Under the pieces are notes generated by a model. That model worked only from the letters and a program-made list of their open reading frames with translations. It was not told the origin of the DNA and did no database searches. Positions 38,401-51,246 of a DNA stretch of 64,000 nucleotides are shown here, one piece after another. Made by a program: the position numbers and the translations under genes. The stretch is from assembly GCF_964355755.1 (NCBI RefSeq), contig NC_092675.1:3281812-3345811 (forward strand). Direction: 5' to 3'. How positions within the stretch are numbered: the stretch's first letter is position 1; every line of letters starts with the position of its first letter. This DNA comes from Antedon mediterranea (taxonomy: Eukaryota; Animalia; Echinodermata).

Positions 38401-41400
38401 TTATTTGTTTTATATAACATCTAGACGTTTTTTTTTCGTACACAAAAATGTTTCAAAAAGTACTATTTAACGATCGTTGAATAGTGCGTACTATTGCACG
38501 CCATGTGACCCACATTCGTCCAATCAAATGACAGGAATTTATATAGGTGTTATATAACATTGGATATTAGTACTAAACAACATTCCGCACTTGTAATAAT
38601 CATTGAACTTGGTATAGAGTTGTTACCCTTCATAACATGTCACACTTTGCTAACTGAGTTTGATAAAATAATCTGAATCAACTTAAATGTAATCATTGGC
38701 TTTTTAGTATGCCTGATAGGCATTATATTCATTGTATGCAAATTTATAAATGTATACGTTTAAAAGAGTGTGAAATTGGCACAATGATATTCCATTTTAT
38801 TGAAAAAAAAACGTCATTTTTGGTAATTTGCACTTTGCTAACTGAGTTTGATAATGTAATCTGAATCAACTTAATTGTGATCATTGATTTTTTAGTATGC
38901 CTGATTCTAAGCCATTATATTGACAAAAAACGTCATTTTGCCATTTTTGGTAATTAAACTTCGACAGATTCAGATTATGGGTAACCTTATCACTACCAAA
39001 GTTGTACTAAACCTACCAACTGAGGTTGTATATGTATGATCGTTAGTTGGACCAGTATTACTGCTTGGTGTTCGACCAGTATTACGCCTCCAATCAAATA
39101 CATCAGCAATGTCCTGTGTGTAGTTACAAATATCGTCAAATTCAAAATTACAACCAGCTTTTAGGAAGTCGATAGCAACAACTGCTGGTTCCACTGTGTC
39201 TAAGAATTGTTGATCAAAAAGAAATTTAACTTTTACACAAAATAGTAGTAATGAATGCAGGTACACACATGTTTAAAAATCGTTATATTTTACGAGTAGG
39301 CTTGCATAATGTTTACAAACACATTGTATCATGGTACACAGGTCCAACTTACTATTTGCACACGGTCCATCGTAGATCCTAACATCATCCAATGATATAT
39401 CGCCATAAATACCTGAGCCACACATTGCCTCGAAAACAAGCTTTGAAATAAAAGTTTAACAATTATTTTAAGATAACAAAAATGATTTACAAAATTCAAT
39501 AGAGCCGCAAAGCCTAAAATTAACGCAAAACGATGTGCGGCTTACTTTCATCCTTCCTCATATTATGATGTTGGAACCGTATGTAATGTTTAATAAAATG
39601 AAAATAGGCTTATAATAATAATATACCTACAATACCTCAAAATCACCAGTCCTATTCATAAGATAGACATGGCGAAGCCAAACGTCCATATGATGTCCCA
39701 CAATTCTTACAACTGGGTCTGCCGGCATAGCGCCACCAGCTGACCGAATGAACAAACTTAGCGCCCCTGTGTCCGATCCATACATATGATACCAAAACTC
39801 AACACACTGCTCTGGCTCTGTGATGGTCCAAACTGGAGATATCAGTCTAGCTTTGTGACCTTCGATTAGCTGATATTGCGATGTCTCAATGTACATGTAA
39901 CGTCCTGAAAAGAATGCATGGTTTAAAAAACGTTCACCTATACCATGCATACTCAGAATAAATAATCTAGACCTAATGTCTTTATATAAATTCAAAGCTG
40001 ACCCCGATTACTAAGAAATTTCTCAGTTTGAAGAAAAAAATACATTGTATTAATATTAGTGTAAGTTCTCGACAACGATTTGGCTTAGGTCTAAGTACTT
40101 AAAAAAGAAAACCATTTTGGCACACATGGCGTGTCATAACTATACTTTCGCTTTAATATAGTTTTTTGAGAAGAAGAAAAAAACTCTCATTACTTAAAAC
40201 CAAGGCATTCTAACAACAGGATGCTGAACTCCAAAGACCAAAGGCTTTATCTGTGGCTGCGACACGATCCGAATATGTACATAGTATGCCTACAGTACTG
40301 TTGATATTTGTCGCAGCCAGACATAAGATCAAAGGACTGTTAAGAGTTCCTATCTTGGCAAGGAGTTCAGTGTCCTATTGTTGGATTGCTTTGGTATAAA
40401 ACTGTAAAAATCAATACCGAGTTCAGTGCCAAATGTGTGATCCTGTGACGGCCCAGTATACCTTGTATCCGTTGCACCTCTACGAGATCGCCAATTAAAA
40501 TCGTCTGACTGATCTTGCCGGTAACCACAGTTGTCCAAAGTCTCAAACGAACATGATACATTCGCAATCTCAATATCGCCTAGAAAAACAATATTCTTTA
40601 TTCTTTTCTAATAACAAACAGCAAGACATGAACACAGCAAACAAATATTCGCCAGGATAACCCGTAAAAGTTTTCAACGATATTTTTTTAGAAAAATCGT
40701 GTTTTTTTAGTGGTGTGCAATTTTGTAATAACTTACCGTCTGTATCTTGACAGTAGGACTTTCTTATCGTGACGTCATCTATAGAAATGCTGTCGTAAAA
40801 CCCGTAGCTAGATCTAGATGTACTATCGCCTTCAAATACTACCTATACGTACCATATATTCATTTAGAAGAATAAAAATGTTTTAGTTCCCTTTCTATTA
40901 TCAAGATTATTGTCATTTAATTATTTAACATCTTTTTATACCAGGATTACACAATCAAGTAAAAGAAAAAACCTGCTGTGCGTTAACACGGTCCTCTCTT
41001 AAATACAAATAAATCGGGGGAAAAATTATTATTATTTAATTTAAACACATGGAAAATGATTTTTTACATAAAAATAAATAATTGAGTTATGAATTATAAC
41101 GATTGAGAGTGTTGTGTCTGTTTCAGTTAAGTTGATTTCTGGACAACAGTAAACTGATGTAATTCGACGTTTCAGTTAATTGGCAAGGGGAAAACGCTAC
41201 GTAGATATTCGGACAACTCTTTCTCCATCATCTATTACCTGGTAAGTTCTAGTTGTGTTTTCTTGTATTTGGACTTGGGCAGCGTGCCAAATACCGCCTC
41301 TATTTCCTGACAATGACCAGAGCGGGGTCCCCAGCAAGTCCGACGGGTTCGTACGTACACGCACACGTAGGTCTCCGACAGTACCTTCCATGTAGTACCA

Positions 41401-42913
41401 GAATTGAACACAAACAGTGTAGTTGTTAGTAGAAATTGGTGAAATGTAAGGAGATATAATTCGGGCAGCTTGCTGATTTCTAGAAACTTTTTTATAAAAC
41501 ATATAATAACCTGAAAAAAAGTACAATTAACAATCGTCATATTTCGTAATGCACATCACGTGGTATTATAAATACAAATTATGTAAGAATATATTTATAT
41601 GGAAATAGACCTTTTGAATTTACCCAACAGGTGGTTATTTTACTTGTGGGGGGGGGGGGGGAACTAACCTACTTAGTTACCTTATTGTTTACCTATATCC
41701 TTATTTTTAGTCGCGACTCTACAGCTCACTATGTCGGTCGGTCGGTCGGTCGGAAACACTAACTGAAATTTGACCACGTGACTGCAACCATTATCAACGA
41801 ATCATTTAAATAATTTAAACCATATGGAGAATGAAAATTGGTCAGGATATACCATAAGAAAAAAAGATATACATTTCCTTAATATAACGGTAGGCCTACT
41901 CGTCTATCCGTTTGAACGCCAATGAGTTTATATTTTCACCCCTGTATGTTTGTGTGTGTGTCTGTGAACAGCCTGGAGGCCACAATTTTTATCCGATTCT
42001 CACCAAACGTAGCCACAATGATCAATGACTCATCATATAATTGTGGTTACATTTTGAAGGGTCAGCTCAAAGATCAAGGTCCATCAAAAAAAAGAAAAAA
42101 ATACTAAAAAAAAAAAAAAAAAAACTTAGCGGGACTTGAACCTGCAATTTCAACTGTGTGAGGCTGGATACATACAATTACACCAAACTCTCATCCACAC
42201 CTTTTTAGTGTGCAGTTAGCCTATTTTTTAAAAACATATATATATTTTCCGGGGACATTTTATGTAGGGGAAATTTACAGTAGGCGGAGGTTTGTACTTT
42301 CGGAGTACCCTCTATAGTTTCCTTATACATACAATATAGAGTAGGCCTAAGCCCCGGCCTAAGCCCATTGTGATGAATATTTAACCAACGTAGAGCTTGT
42401 TATTAAATACCAAATATATTAAACTAATTAATACATTTAGGAACTTTTGCATGGCACCATCCTGCCATCATAATAATACCAACAATGGAGTAGAGTTGTG
42501 GCTTGGTGGTTATGATGCTTGGCTACAACTCCCAGGGTCCTGGGTTCAAGTCCCGTCACATATTCCAAAGACCAAAGACAGGCATCTGTGTATATGTTGT
42601 GAATGAACCTCTGAGGGTCCCTAATGATCACCCTCATCATTTAATATGGTAAAAAAAATCGGCGACGGCATCCTCACTCACCTGTGTTGTTTCCATATGT
42701 ATGGTCTGTATGTGGGTAGTCGTTCAAAAAAAACGGATTCAGATTGTGTCCGGTTCCGTACATCCTTCTCCAATTTCCATTAACCGAACTATCGTGTGTA
42801 AATCCGCATAAATCCGTCTCAAAGTTGCAGAATAAATCATCTGATACGGTAATCCCAATTAGGATGAGTAAATAAGCAAATAGAACAAACGGCTTCATGT
42901 TCTTCACAGCCAT
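32430..42913 (-). CDS. Type-I membrane protein with five MAM domains (MALRD1/MAMDC4-like, no LDLa modules seen), ~1046 aa
   Basis: Exons 42913-42682, 41510-41239, 40842-40737, 40579-40418, 39904-39636, 39440-39353, 39199-39017, 38225-37957, 37275-37188, 37101-36928, 36186-35900, 34548-34302, 34086-33821, 33704-33617 and 33345-33050, plus tentative 32904-32829 and 32467-32430; GT-AG phases are compatible. Signal peptide, repeated CxFE..C / DHT..G.YMYIE / C..FWYHM.G / FEG..GDIAIDD motifs, TM helix LFISFTLILLFMILLSVAILVV, and tail DNPAYE. The last two exons are less certain. Confidence 0.88.
34832..35851. mobile_element. Non-autonomous Mutator(MULE)-like transposon with 10-bp TSD, in a MAM-gene intron
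   Basis: Long TIRs gggtgtcacgaaagctcagacc...taagacccaacacctaagattacaaata and their reverse complement; TGTATGTGTG directly repeated at 34822-34831 and 35852-35861; internal inverted repeat at 35104-35398. Confidence 0.85.
36418..36868. repeat. 41-bp minisatellite (~11 units), ACAAACTGCAACATGTATTACAAAGTGTTACAGAATGTTTT
   Basis: Directly visible tandem array in the intron between MAM exons 10 and 11. Confidence 0.96.
37738..37855. mobile_element. Truncated subtype-A GGTTCCCACTAG MITE
   Basis: Matches the first ~118 bp of the copy at 45134; the right TIR is missing. Confidence 0.8.
38247..38408. repeat. Near-perfect ~160-bp palindrome
   Basis: aatggtacaaataatggcacgaggtgaatgatgaaaggttatatcaac / gttgatataacctttcatcattcaccaagtgccattatttgtaccatt arms with a short loop. 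Confidence 0.92.
38642..38922. repeat. ~85-bp local direct duplication
   Basis: cactttgctaactgagtttgataa...aatctgaatcaacttaa...tttttagtatgcctgat at ~38643 and ~38831. Confidence 0.8.
41705..41790 (+). mobile_element. Short (GTCG)n-containing interspersed repeat, HINE/DINE-like; other copies at ~44720-44829, 53344-53439 (minus), 54644-54762 and 55280-55387
   Basis: Shared gcgactctayagytcactatgtcggtcggtcgg...acactaact...gcacgcgactgcagcc core, inserted in T-rich sites. Confidence 0.65.
41896..42320 (+). mobile_element. Helentron-associated-like non-autonomous element
   Basis: (TG)n/TCTG microsatellite near the 5' end; 3' end ggcggaggtttgtactttcggagtaccctctatagttt with a short hairpin. The assignment is by structure only. 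Confidence 0.45.
42493..42625 (+). mobile_element. tRNA-derived SINE head
   Basis: Pol III A box TGGCTTGGTGG and B box GGTTCAAGTCC at tRNA-like spacing, but poor cloverleaf pairing; continues into non-tRNA sequence. Confidence 0.6.
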
Positions 42914-45133
42914 GTTTGTTGTTGGTAAATGAACGAACATTACAGTGACTTGTTGTGATGGGGGCACGTTATTACTTGATTTATTGACAGCAGATGTTAT
43001 ATTGATGGTGATAGGTACCTTTGGTACCTCTCTGCTCTCATAAGGTTAAATATGTGCACTTTATCATTGTTTAGAAGTTGAGCATTTATGGAGGAAGTTA
43101 AAAAATAGTGTCATTGAACTTAATATGCGATAATATAGAATATTTATCCATAGTTTAAATCGTGGATTTTAGTTTGGGTCTTATCGTCACTGTCTAGTAG
43201 GATACATTTTTGTTGCATCAACATTTACAGAAAACATTGTAGAAATATTTTTTTAGATACAATAATGCACACACAGGAGCCAAAGTAATCAAACATTGAT
43301 AACACCGTAAATTGAACAAAAAAAAACAAAGTTCAAAATATCAAGAAAATAAGAAAAAGAAAAGAAATAATGCTTTTGCCTTGAGCTTTGTTTATACAGA
43401 CCCACAGACGGAATATTTTAACAAACTGTTAGAAATAATGCAATGAGACTGAGAAAGCAAATGTTTATCATTTTCAAAATATCATCTCAAATGTCATGAT
43501 TAGTTAAGAGTATGCCCGGTATAGTAGGCCTACAATGATTTTCAAATGAATGCTAACTTATAAAATGTGTATATTATAATGTTTTCTTTTTAGGTCAATT
43601 ACTTTGTATTTTGTCGCTGGTGGAATATTTGAAAAATACTGCGTTATTACTGCAAATAAAAATATATCAAACACAGGGCTTTTTTAAATGCTGCCCTCAA
43701 CTAACTCAAAGATAAACATCCTTACTCTATCATGATTGGATAGTTTGAGGTTATGGGTGGAGCTTACATAAAACGTGCGTCAGTAACTATTGGCCAATCA
43801 CAGCGGTTGGGGCTTAGTAACTTTTTTTGTAATAACGTGTGTAAAAATGCAAATTCATTCTCTGTCCTTTTCTGAGAATTGTCAAATCCTTTTCTTTTAT
43901 GTCACGTTGTCCTTCATCTGGTTCGATTATTAGGAGATACACCCTCATCCTCAATCAAGCTAAAACCCACACACTTGTTAATTGCTTACAAGGTTTTGAA
44001 ATGACTCAATTGAATGATGAATATATGAGTTATAGCAAAATGTGCATCATCCAAAATGTTAAAGACCGATCAGGAAAACCAGTTAATTTAGGCATTTGTG
44101 TTAATTGAAGCATGTTTGCAATACACTACGGAGGAAGGAAGCAATGTGAAGTTGAGAAGTCTCTGTAACATCGTCCTTTAGGGTAATCCTATTCAAAGTA
44201 AAATTGAGGCGAATTTAAAGTGACTAATCTAATGTGATTAATAACCACACAGCAATTGCAATAGGAGCAGGGTATAATGGTGACTAAATCAAACAAGGCT
44301 TATATAGTTGACACTTATTTTGGTCGTCTCATAATTTAGGCGCTCAAACACTTTGTTTTGCTTAATTTTTTCTCAGCCATTTCAAATTATGTCAAATATA
44401 TCTGTAGACTAAACAAATATTTATTGGGAATCCATTTTACAGTTCCGTAGTTGTAGAGAAATCCTTGTAATCATGAATATTATTATTCTCAAATAAAAAT
44501 ATACAACAAATTAATGTTTATGGAAAGAATATTTCCACGAGTTGAAAGTTGAACTGGTCCAATTATTTGTATAATATGTTATAATAATAATAATTTATAT
44601 AGCGCACATATCCACTAAAAGTGCTCAATAATGTTCTTATGTTGGAGTTTTCGATGTCTAATGCATTCCAATAATCATTGTAATTTCTCATAATTTGTGT
44701 TTTGCTTTTTAATTTTTAATAGCGTGGACGCGACTCTATAGTTCACTATGTCGGTCGGTCGGTCCGTCGGTCTGTCGGTCTGGTATTACTATGCGTTTTA
44801 GCACGCGACTTATGGATGTTGGCCTTGTTAACATTCTGTATGGTTTGTACCTGGTTGTAACGTACACAATCTTAATTTTATAGGTTACAAACATTCACGA
44901 ATAAATTACCGACTGTGAATGAATCACCAATGTTATTCGTATTACTCAAGATAAATTTTAATACAACTCCAGACTTCGGAGAGAATATTGTTCCGGCATA
45001 CTGTATCCGAGAGCTTATCACAAGTAATTTTAAGTCGTAGTAAATGTATTGGATTCAGTCAATCCCTCCCTCATCAAACAACAGTATGGTGTAATGCTGA
45101 ATCATCGTATTTTATGTGGTCATTTTGCGGTTA

Positions 45134-45312
45134 AGCTTGGTTCCCACTAGAACGTAACGCAAGGACGTAAACGCAACGCAAGCGTTTTAACCAATGACAA
45201 GCGAAGTTATAGACAGTTAGCAATCACAAGCGAATAAGCCATCGCTTGTGATTGGTCAATTCACTTGCGTTGCGTTACGTCCTTGTGTTGCGTCGCTAGT
45301 GGGAACCACGCT
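45134..45312. mobile_element. Complete subtype-A Harbinger-like MITE
   Basis: TIRs agcttggttcccactag / ctagtgggaaccacgct with TTA on both flanks. Confidence 0.9.
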
Positions 45313-45561
45313 TTAATAATAGACCCGCAGCATGTTTTATTCATGTGGTGAAACTAGCTTGGATTAGGATGACCTTTGACATTATCATGATCGATACCTA
45401 ATGTTAGTTAGAAATTTAAAATCCTGCATAGTTATCGTGTTTTAAATCCGTCGTGAGTATCTACGAGGCTGGTTCTTGTACGGTATACCGGTATCATGTC
45501 ACATAATCTTGCAGCGTCATATCTGTTGACTAGGCCTACAGTGTACCATTAGAACCTCTAA

Positions 45562-45726
45562 AGCGTGGTTCCCACTAGTGACGTAACGTAACGCAAAAGA
45601 CGCGACGTAAGAAAATGCTCTTCCAATAATTGTGTTTGCCCCCGCCTGCGTGAAATCAAACCTGCGATGTTTGCAGCACTGTTGCGTCGTCGGTTCCCAC
45701 TTTTCGTCCTAGTGGGAACCACGGCT
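45562..45726. mobile_element. Subtype-B GGTTCCCACTAG MITE, internally deleted
   Basis: Same TIRs, TAA flanks, and body ttccaataattgtgtttgcccccgcctgcgtg shared with 15721, 49414 and 51247. Confidence 0.85.
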
Positions 45727-46029
45727 TAAGTATCAAGAGACGCATACCAAGTGGGATAACGGTTTCTGCAGACTCGAAACGGAATGCTGTCTATTGTCTC
45801 TTTGTGTTTTTCCAGAACACTTGTCATATTTAAATTAAAATGGACATGTCAAAACGATGAGACAATGAAGACATGATGAAATGGCTCTGGTCCAGCGACC
45901 AAACAAGGGCTGTAAAAAGTACAGTAAACGCAGTAGTCCCATTTAACGTAATAATATAAGATTATATACTATTTTCCTGCTTTACCTAGGTCTCTATTAT
46001 TATTTCTAGGTTCCTGATATTTGTATGGT

Positions 46030-49000
46030 TAATTAGGTGATCATTTAGAATAAAATGATCACCTATTGTTATTGTATGAAATCTTTATTTTTATTGGTTA
46101 TCCGCAACGAAGTTGCAGGATAACCTCTTGTGATTGTACGAAATCATTCTGTATGATTTTTGTGTAACGCTTTTCTCTAAAACTCGCAAACATAACATTT
46201 CGGTAACTATCTTAACATATTGACATTTACGTAACGTCGTCAAGCGAAGCTTTTCATGACGTTTACAATTGCGCAACGTGACTTACGCGCGATTTAACGA
46301 TTTTGTCGTATTTAACATAGCTCGACAACCAAATAACATTTCAACTTGAAACTTTGCAAAAGTTTAATTTATATCATGCGCTAACTTTCTGTTGAAAAAA
46401 AATTGCGTGTTTTACACAAAGTTACGCGCGCACGCGCATTTAAAATTTCAAAATGCGCAAAATTAATTTATAATCAACTTTCTACGCGTTTCATGTCGTT
46501 TTAAGCATGTCAAAAATTCCCACGCGTGCGCACATTTTTACGTGTGCGGTGCGCACGTAGTATTGAAAACGTACTTTTTTCGCGTGAATTATATTTTTCC
46601 AGCCTTTTCTAGTAATTTTACCAAATTTTAAACAATTTCGACTTAAAGATACGTCATACGAGCACGTCGAATTGGACAATTTGCGCGCGTTTTTTACGAA
46701 AAGGTTAAAAAATTCGTTTAAAATATGCCTTTTTTAAAACAGTCGTAATTTCTAAACTAGACGGTCAACTTTTTGTGGATGGCATATTCTGGAAGTAGAT
46801 GAGTTGTAGATATCGAATCAGGTATCAATATGGCTAACCGGACATTGTGACGTCATCGTATGGCCACGCGAATATAAAATTTAGGATTTTTGTATCTTTC
46901 GTCATAGCTCATCACATTGAATAGAGCGCATCTCCACTTATCCGTTTTCCATTTTCACCCCGATTTTGATTTTGTCTAGGTCAATCAAGTATCTTTCGCA
47001 TGAGTTAAAAATATTTTAATTTTTTTGACGTCATCATGCCTAAAAATTTAAATCACGTGTGGCATTAATTTCATCTTTACAGTAAATTTTAATCTGTTAT
47101 AGCTCGTAAGAATAAAATGTGATAATCACGATTAAAATTTTTTCTGGAAGCTATTGGATTGTAGATACGAAATTATGTAAAAATGTTGCCAATCGGATGT
47201 TGTGACGTCATCATATGGCCAGTTAAATAAAAAAGGTCGTATTTTCATCTTTTGCGTCATAATTCATTACATTTAAAAGAGCGCGCATCAATATTTCACG
47301 TATTCAAATTTCTTCTACACGCTAATACGTTGTTGCTGAGATAATTTCCTTTCGGAATTGCTACCTTCGCGTTTCATTTTAAAACCGTCAACATGTTAAA
47401 AATTGCAATAAATAGCGGGTCCCGTAATTTCACCTATTCTACACTGTATGTGATATGGATACAGATTATACTGTGTATATACTATATATGAATTTAAATA
47501 ATAAAATTCAGCAATAACAACATATCATATTCTTCAGTTCAGGTCATAATGCCAACGTGAACATTTCCTTTTGTCCTCAACCTATCCCCTTAATGTTAAT
47601 GTTGCACCACTTGCGCGGCGGATAACCAAACTCGTCAAAGTGACGAGTTACATGTCTAGTTTTTTTTCTTTCTGTACACTTTTTGTGTAACAAATATCTC
47701 AAAAAGTTGAACAACAATGATCACAAAAATTTCACAATGTCTTTCAATTACTTTAACTTAGCCATAATAAGCTTTTCAGCGTGATCACTGAACCGTGACG
47801 CCACGTATACGCCATTTTGTGAAATCACATTATCAATCATATATCCATAATTCATTATCACATATTTATGAAATTCACTACACGTAAACTTCAGGTCAAG
47901 GGTAAAAATATTAACAAATAAAAACGCGCGCGCACGTACGGTCATGCGCGTGAAATCGCGCATTAAAAATTTAAAAAGCTCAAAATTACGTTTTAATCAA
48001 TTTAGAGCATGAATTAGGCCATTTGCGTGTTTCAAAAATTACTGCGCAAAAAAATTATTTTGCGCGCGCGATACTTACAAAGTGTAAAAATTGCAATTTT
48101 TTATACAAATCGCATTCTACTCACCATCCTTAGTACATTCACCAAATTTGAGTCAGTTCCGACGTAAAATAACGGTATACGAGCAGGTTAAAAATATCAA
48201 AATGCGCAAATTAATTGCATCAAAGTGATGAAAATGGTGAAAAATAAGGCCTTTTTAAAATGAATATAACTCTTCAGAATGGCAGGTGACCCCCAATTTT
48301 TTTAACTTATTCGGGAAGCCATTGGGTTGTAGATACATATTCATGTACACATTAGACGTACAAAATGGTATGACGTCATCAAATGGCCACTTTAATTTAA
48401 AAATTAGTAATTTTTATCGTTTTGTATGGGTTTTCACATTCAATAGAGCGCATCTCCGTTATTTTAGCTCGATTTTCGCAGAAGTTTTAGTATGTGCTTG
48501 CTCAATTAATTATCTTTCTTGTGAGTTGTCAATATTTTTATTTTGATGACATCATCACGCGTAAAAACTTGAATAACGTAGGTCGTGTAATTTCAGCTAC
48601 GCCTTACATTTGAAAATATTATAGCTCTTCAGAATTAAAGGTGACCTTGAAGATTATAACTTATTATGAAAGCTGATGAAATTTAGATATGAATTCATAT
48701 AAAAATTAAGCCTATCGGATGTTGTGATGTTATCATATGGCCAGTTGAAGTTAAAAAGTAGTTTTTAAATTTCTTTAGTCGAAGTTATACAAATTTCAAA
48801 GAGCGCGCATTGCGCTTCTACGTGTCAAATTCTCTTCCAATCCTTATATTTATTTGCTCAATTCATTATCTTTCAAAATTGTCATCTTCGAGTTTATTTT
48901 GATAATTCCATCATACCAAAAAATTTGAACTTGATGTGTGTCCCATAATTTCACCTATGCTACACTGTATATAGATATACAGTATATACTGTACATTGTA

Positions 49001-49170
49001 TATGGCATATAATAGGCATGACTCAGCACTATAAGCGTATAATAGGATGGCATACATCAACATTTTCCTATCGTATGTTAACGTACGTACATGTTTAAAA
49101 AAAATTAATTTCATTTAAAATGATAAGAATGATCACCTATAATTCGTCAAAGTGACGAATTAAATTCTAG
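46030..49170 (+). mobile_element. Two nested Helentron/HINE-like non-autonomous elements (inner ~46090-47659)
   Basis: Outer: taggtgatcatt (46034) with local IR (46054) and 3' aatgatcaccta (49128), hairpin aattcgtca-aag-tgacgaatt, CTAG-TT. Inner: ttggttatccgc (46094) with local IR and 3' gcggataaccaa (47618), hairpin aactcgtca-aag-tgacgagtt, CTAG-TT. The two bodies are homologous. Confidence 0.8.
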
Positions 49171-49413
49171 TTTATATTAATTCTTAGTCACACGCAACAA
49201 CAAAATTGGCACAAAATGTTTGATGAGTTGTACACACATAAATAAAAGCTTAGATTTTGACAAATCCTAGCATCTCTTGTTTGTCTTTATTAATGTATTC
49301 ATTGTTCTTGAATTAAACTTGAAGGTACGGAGAACAAACGCAATTAAAGACTATCTTTTGACTACGGTACAAGTACACATTCTTGATTTGAATTTACTTC
49401 AAGTCATTGCTTA

Positions 49414-49620
49414 AGCATGGTTCCCACTAGAACGCAACGCAGCGACGTATCGACGCAAAGTGCTGTATTGCGTAATCACAAGTGGGAACCGACGACGCAA
49501 CAGTGCTGCAAATATTGCAGGTTTGATTTAACGCAGGCGAGGGAAAACACAATTATTGGAAGGGAATTTTCTTACGTTGCGTCGCTTGCATTACGTTACG
49601 TCGCTAGTGGGAACCACTCT
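49414..49620. mobile_element. Complete subtype-B Harbinger-like MITE
   Basis: TIRs agcatggttcccactag / ctagtgggaaccactct, with TTA on both flanks. Confidence 0.88.
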
Positions 49621-51246
49621 TTATGGTATACCATACTTACACGTCGTACTCAGTCTTTAAAAGTACACTTTAATTTGTATTTATCTTAGATGTGGCTAAT
49701 TTTGTATTTCTAAACTTGTGACTGGCATTCCTGTTACGGTACTGTGATTTTGATTTTTTTAGGCCTACATTATTTATTTTATTTTATCAGTTAAACAAAC
49801 CTTATAAGGCATAATTAAACTGAATCCGGCGGTCCAAAATAAGCCTTAACGTGCCTAATCATGGCTACTAATATTTCCTTAAACTAAAATATTCTTCCGT
49901 TCTTGACACTCTTTGAAAGCATTTCGTTCAATTTTTATGCTTGATTCGATGTAAGTCACTGACGTGTATTTACAACAGTGAAAACATAAAGTTAGGCCCT
50001 GATAATATAGACCTCTATGATGCATAATAATCAAACCATCATAGTATCAAATATATAAGGTATCTCTTAAAAGTGAACAAGTGCGATAAGATACTTATAT
50101 TGATAATATTGATATGCCTAATGTAAAAACATTAAAAATGAAAATGTTTCAAGAAGGTCGATTTATATTTGTAAAGACGGATATTATAAACTATATTCTT
50201 TCATTTTCACTATACTAGTAACATAATCCATTATTGAATGACTTAACTCTTTCATGACTTTTCATCCACGTATTATAATAACTCCAACCTTTTTTTCCTC
50301 ATAGTGCCATTTTCCGGTATTGCTCATTATCTCTTGCTCTGGTGTTTGACGTCACCCGACAAATGTTGATGACATAACGTTAACAAAATAAATGTTCTTC
50401 AAGTAGGCTAATTATTTGATGCTAATTTAAGAATTATAATTTGTGACTGCATTCGACCCTTTAATTCAAATCATTGCATGTTATATTGCGGAAACATGAC
50501 CACCTTTAAACATAATCTAACGTGCTTCTGAGGAAAAAATAGATGTTCATTCGGGGTTGAATCCTCGTAGTTGCATCAAGGTAATTTAACAACAGGACAC
50601 TGAGTTCTTCTTGCCACAAGATAGGTGCTTGTAACAGTCCTTTGATCATATGTCTGGCTGCGACAAATACCAACAGTACTATGTACGTATTCTCCGTGGC
50701 ACGCGGAACTGGTTGGGTCACAGCCACAATAAATTCTTTGATCTGCGGAAATTTCCCTGGTTTCATTAAGATTGATTTGATGAATCGGATTGCACCAGGT
50801 GATGAAACACTTTCATTGGTAAAGCGAGCGCGCGGATTATTCCAATTTCCAATCATTAACATCTTCTTATTTAACTAGGCCTACGGTAAAGCACAATTAC
50901 TAGTTTGGTATATATAGATTTAGTGAGAGTGTTCAAAATATCTAGACTTTAATATTGACTTCAATACTGTCCATCCCCTGAAAATATTCTGAAAACATAC
51001 AGGGTGTTATAAACTATGCAGAGACACCGAAGCTGTTCCAACCAAAGCACCACAGCTTGAATCATTTTTAATATTGCGTGCAGCAATAATTACACATGTG
51101 ATAAGCTATGGTGCGTACGACCAGGGAAGAGTTAAATTTAGCTCTTTCCTAGTACGACTGTGTGACAGGTATAACATGTTACTGGGTGTGGGAGGAGGGG
51201 GTATTCACGTTCAAAGAGATGAACGCGTTATAGGTATTGCACCTTA

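Noticed and set aside
42493-42566. Functional tRNA gene
   Set aside because: A and B boxes are present, but the acceptor and anticodon stems pair poorly and no T-run terminator follows; better explained as a SINE head.
50506-50878. Two overlapping ORFs and an LDLa-like DESDC fragment
   Set aside because: No intact six-Cys pattern, stops interrupt the frame, and part of the region is a dispersed repeat also found at 40250.
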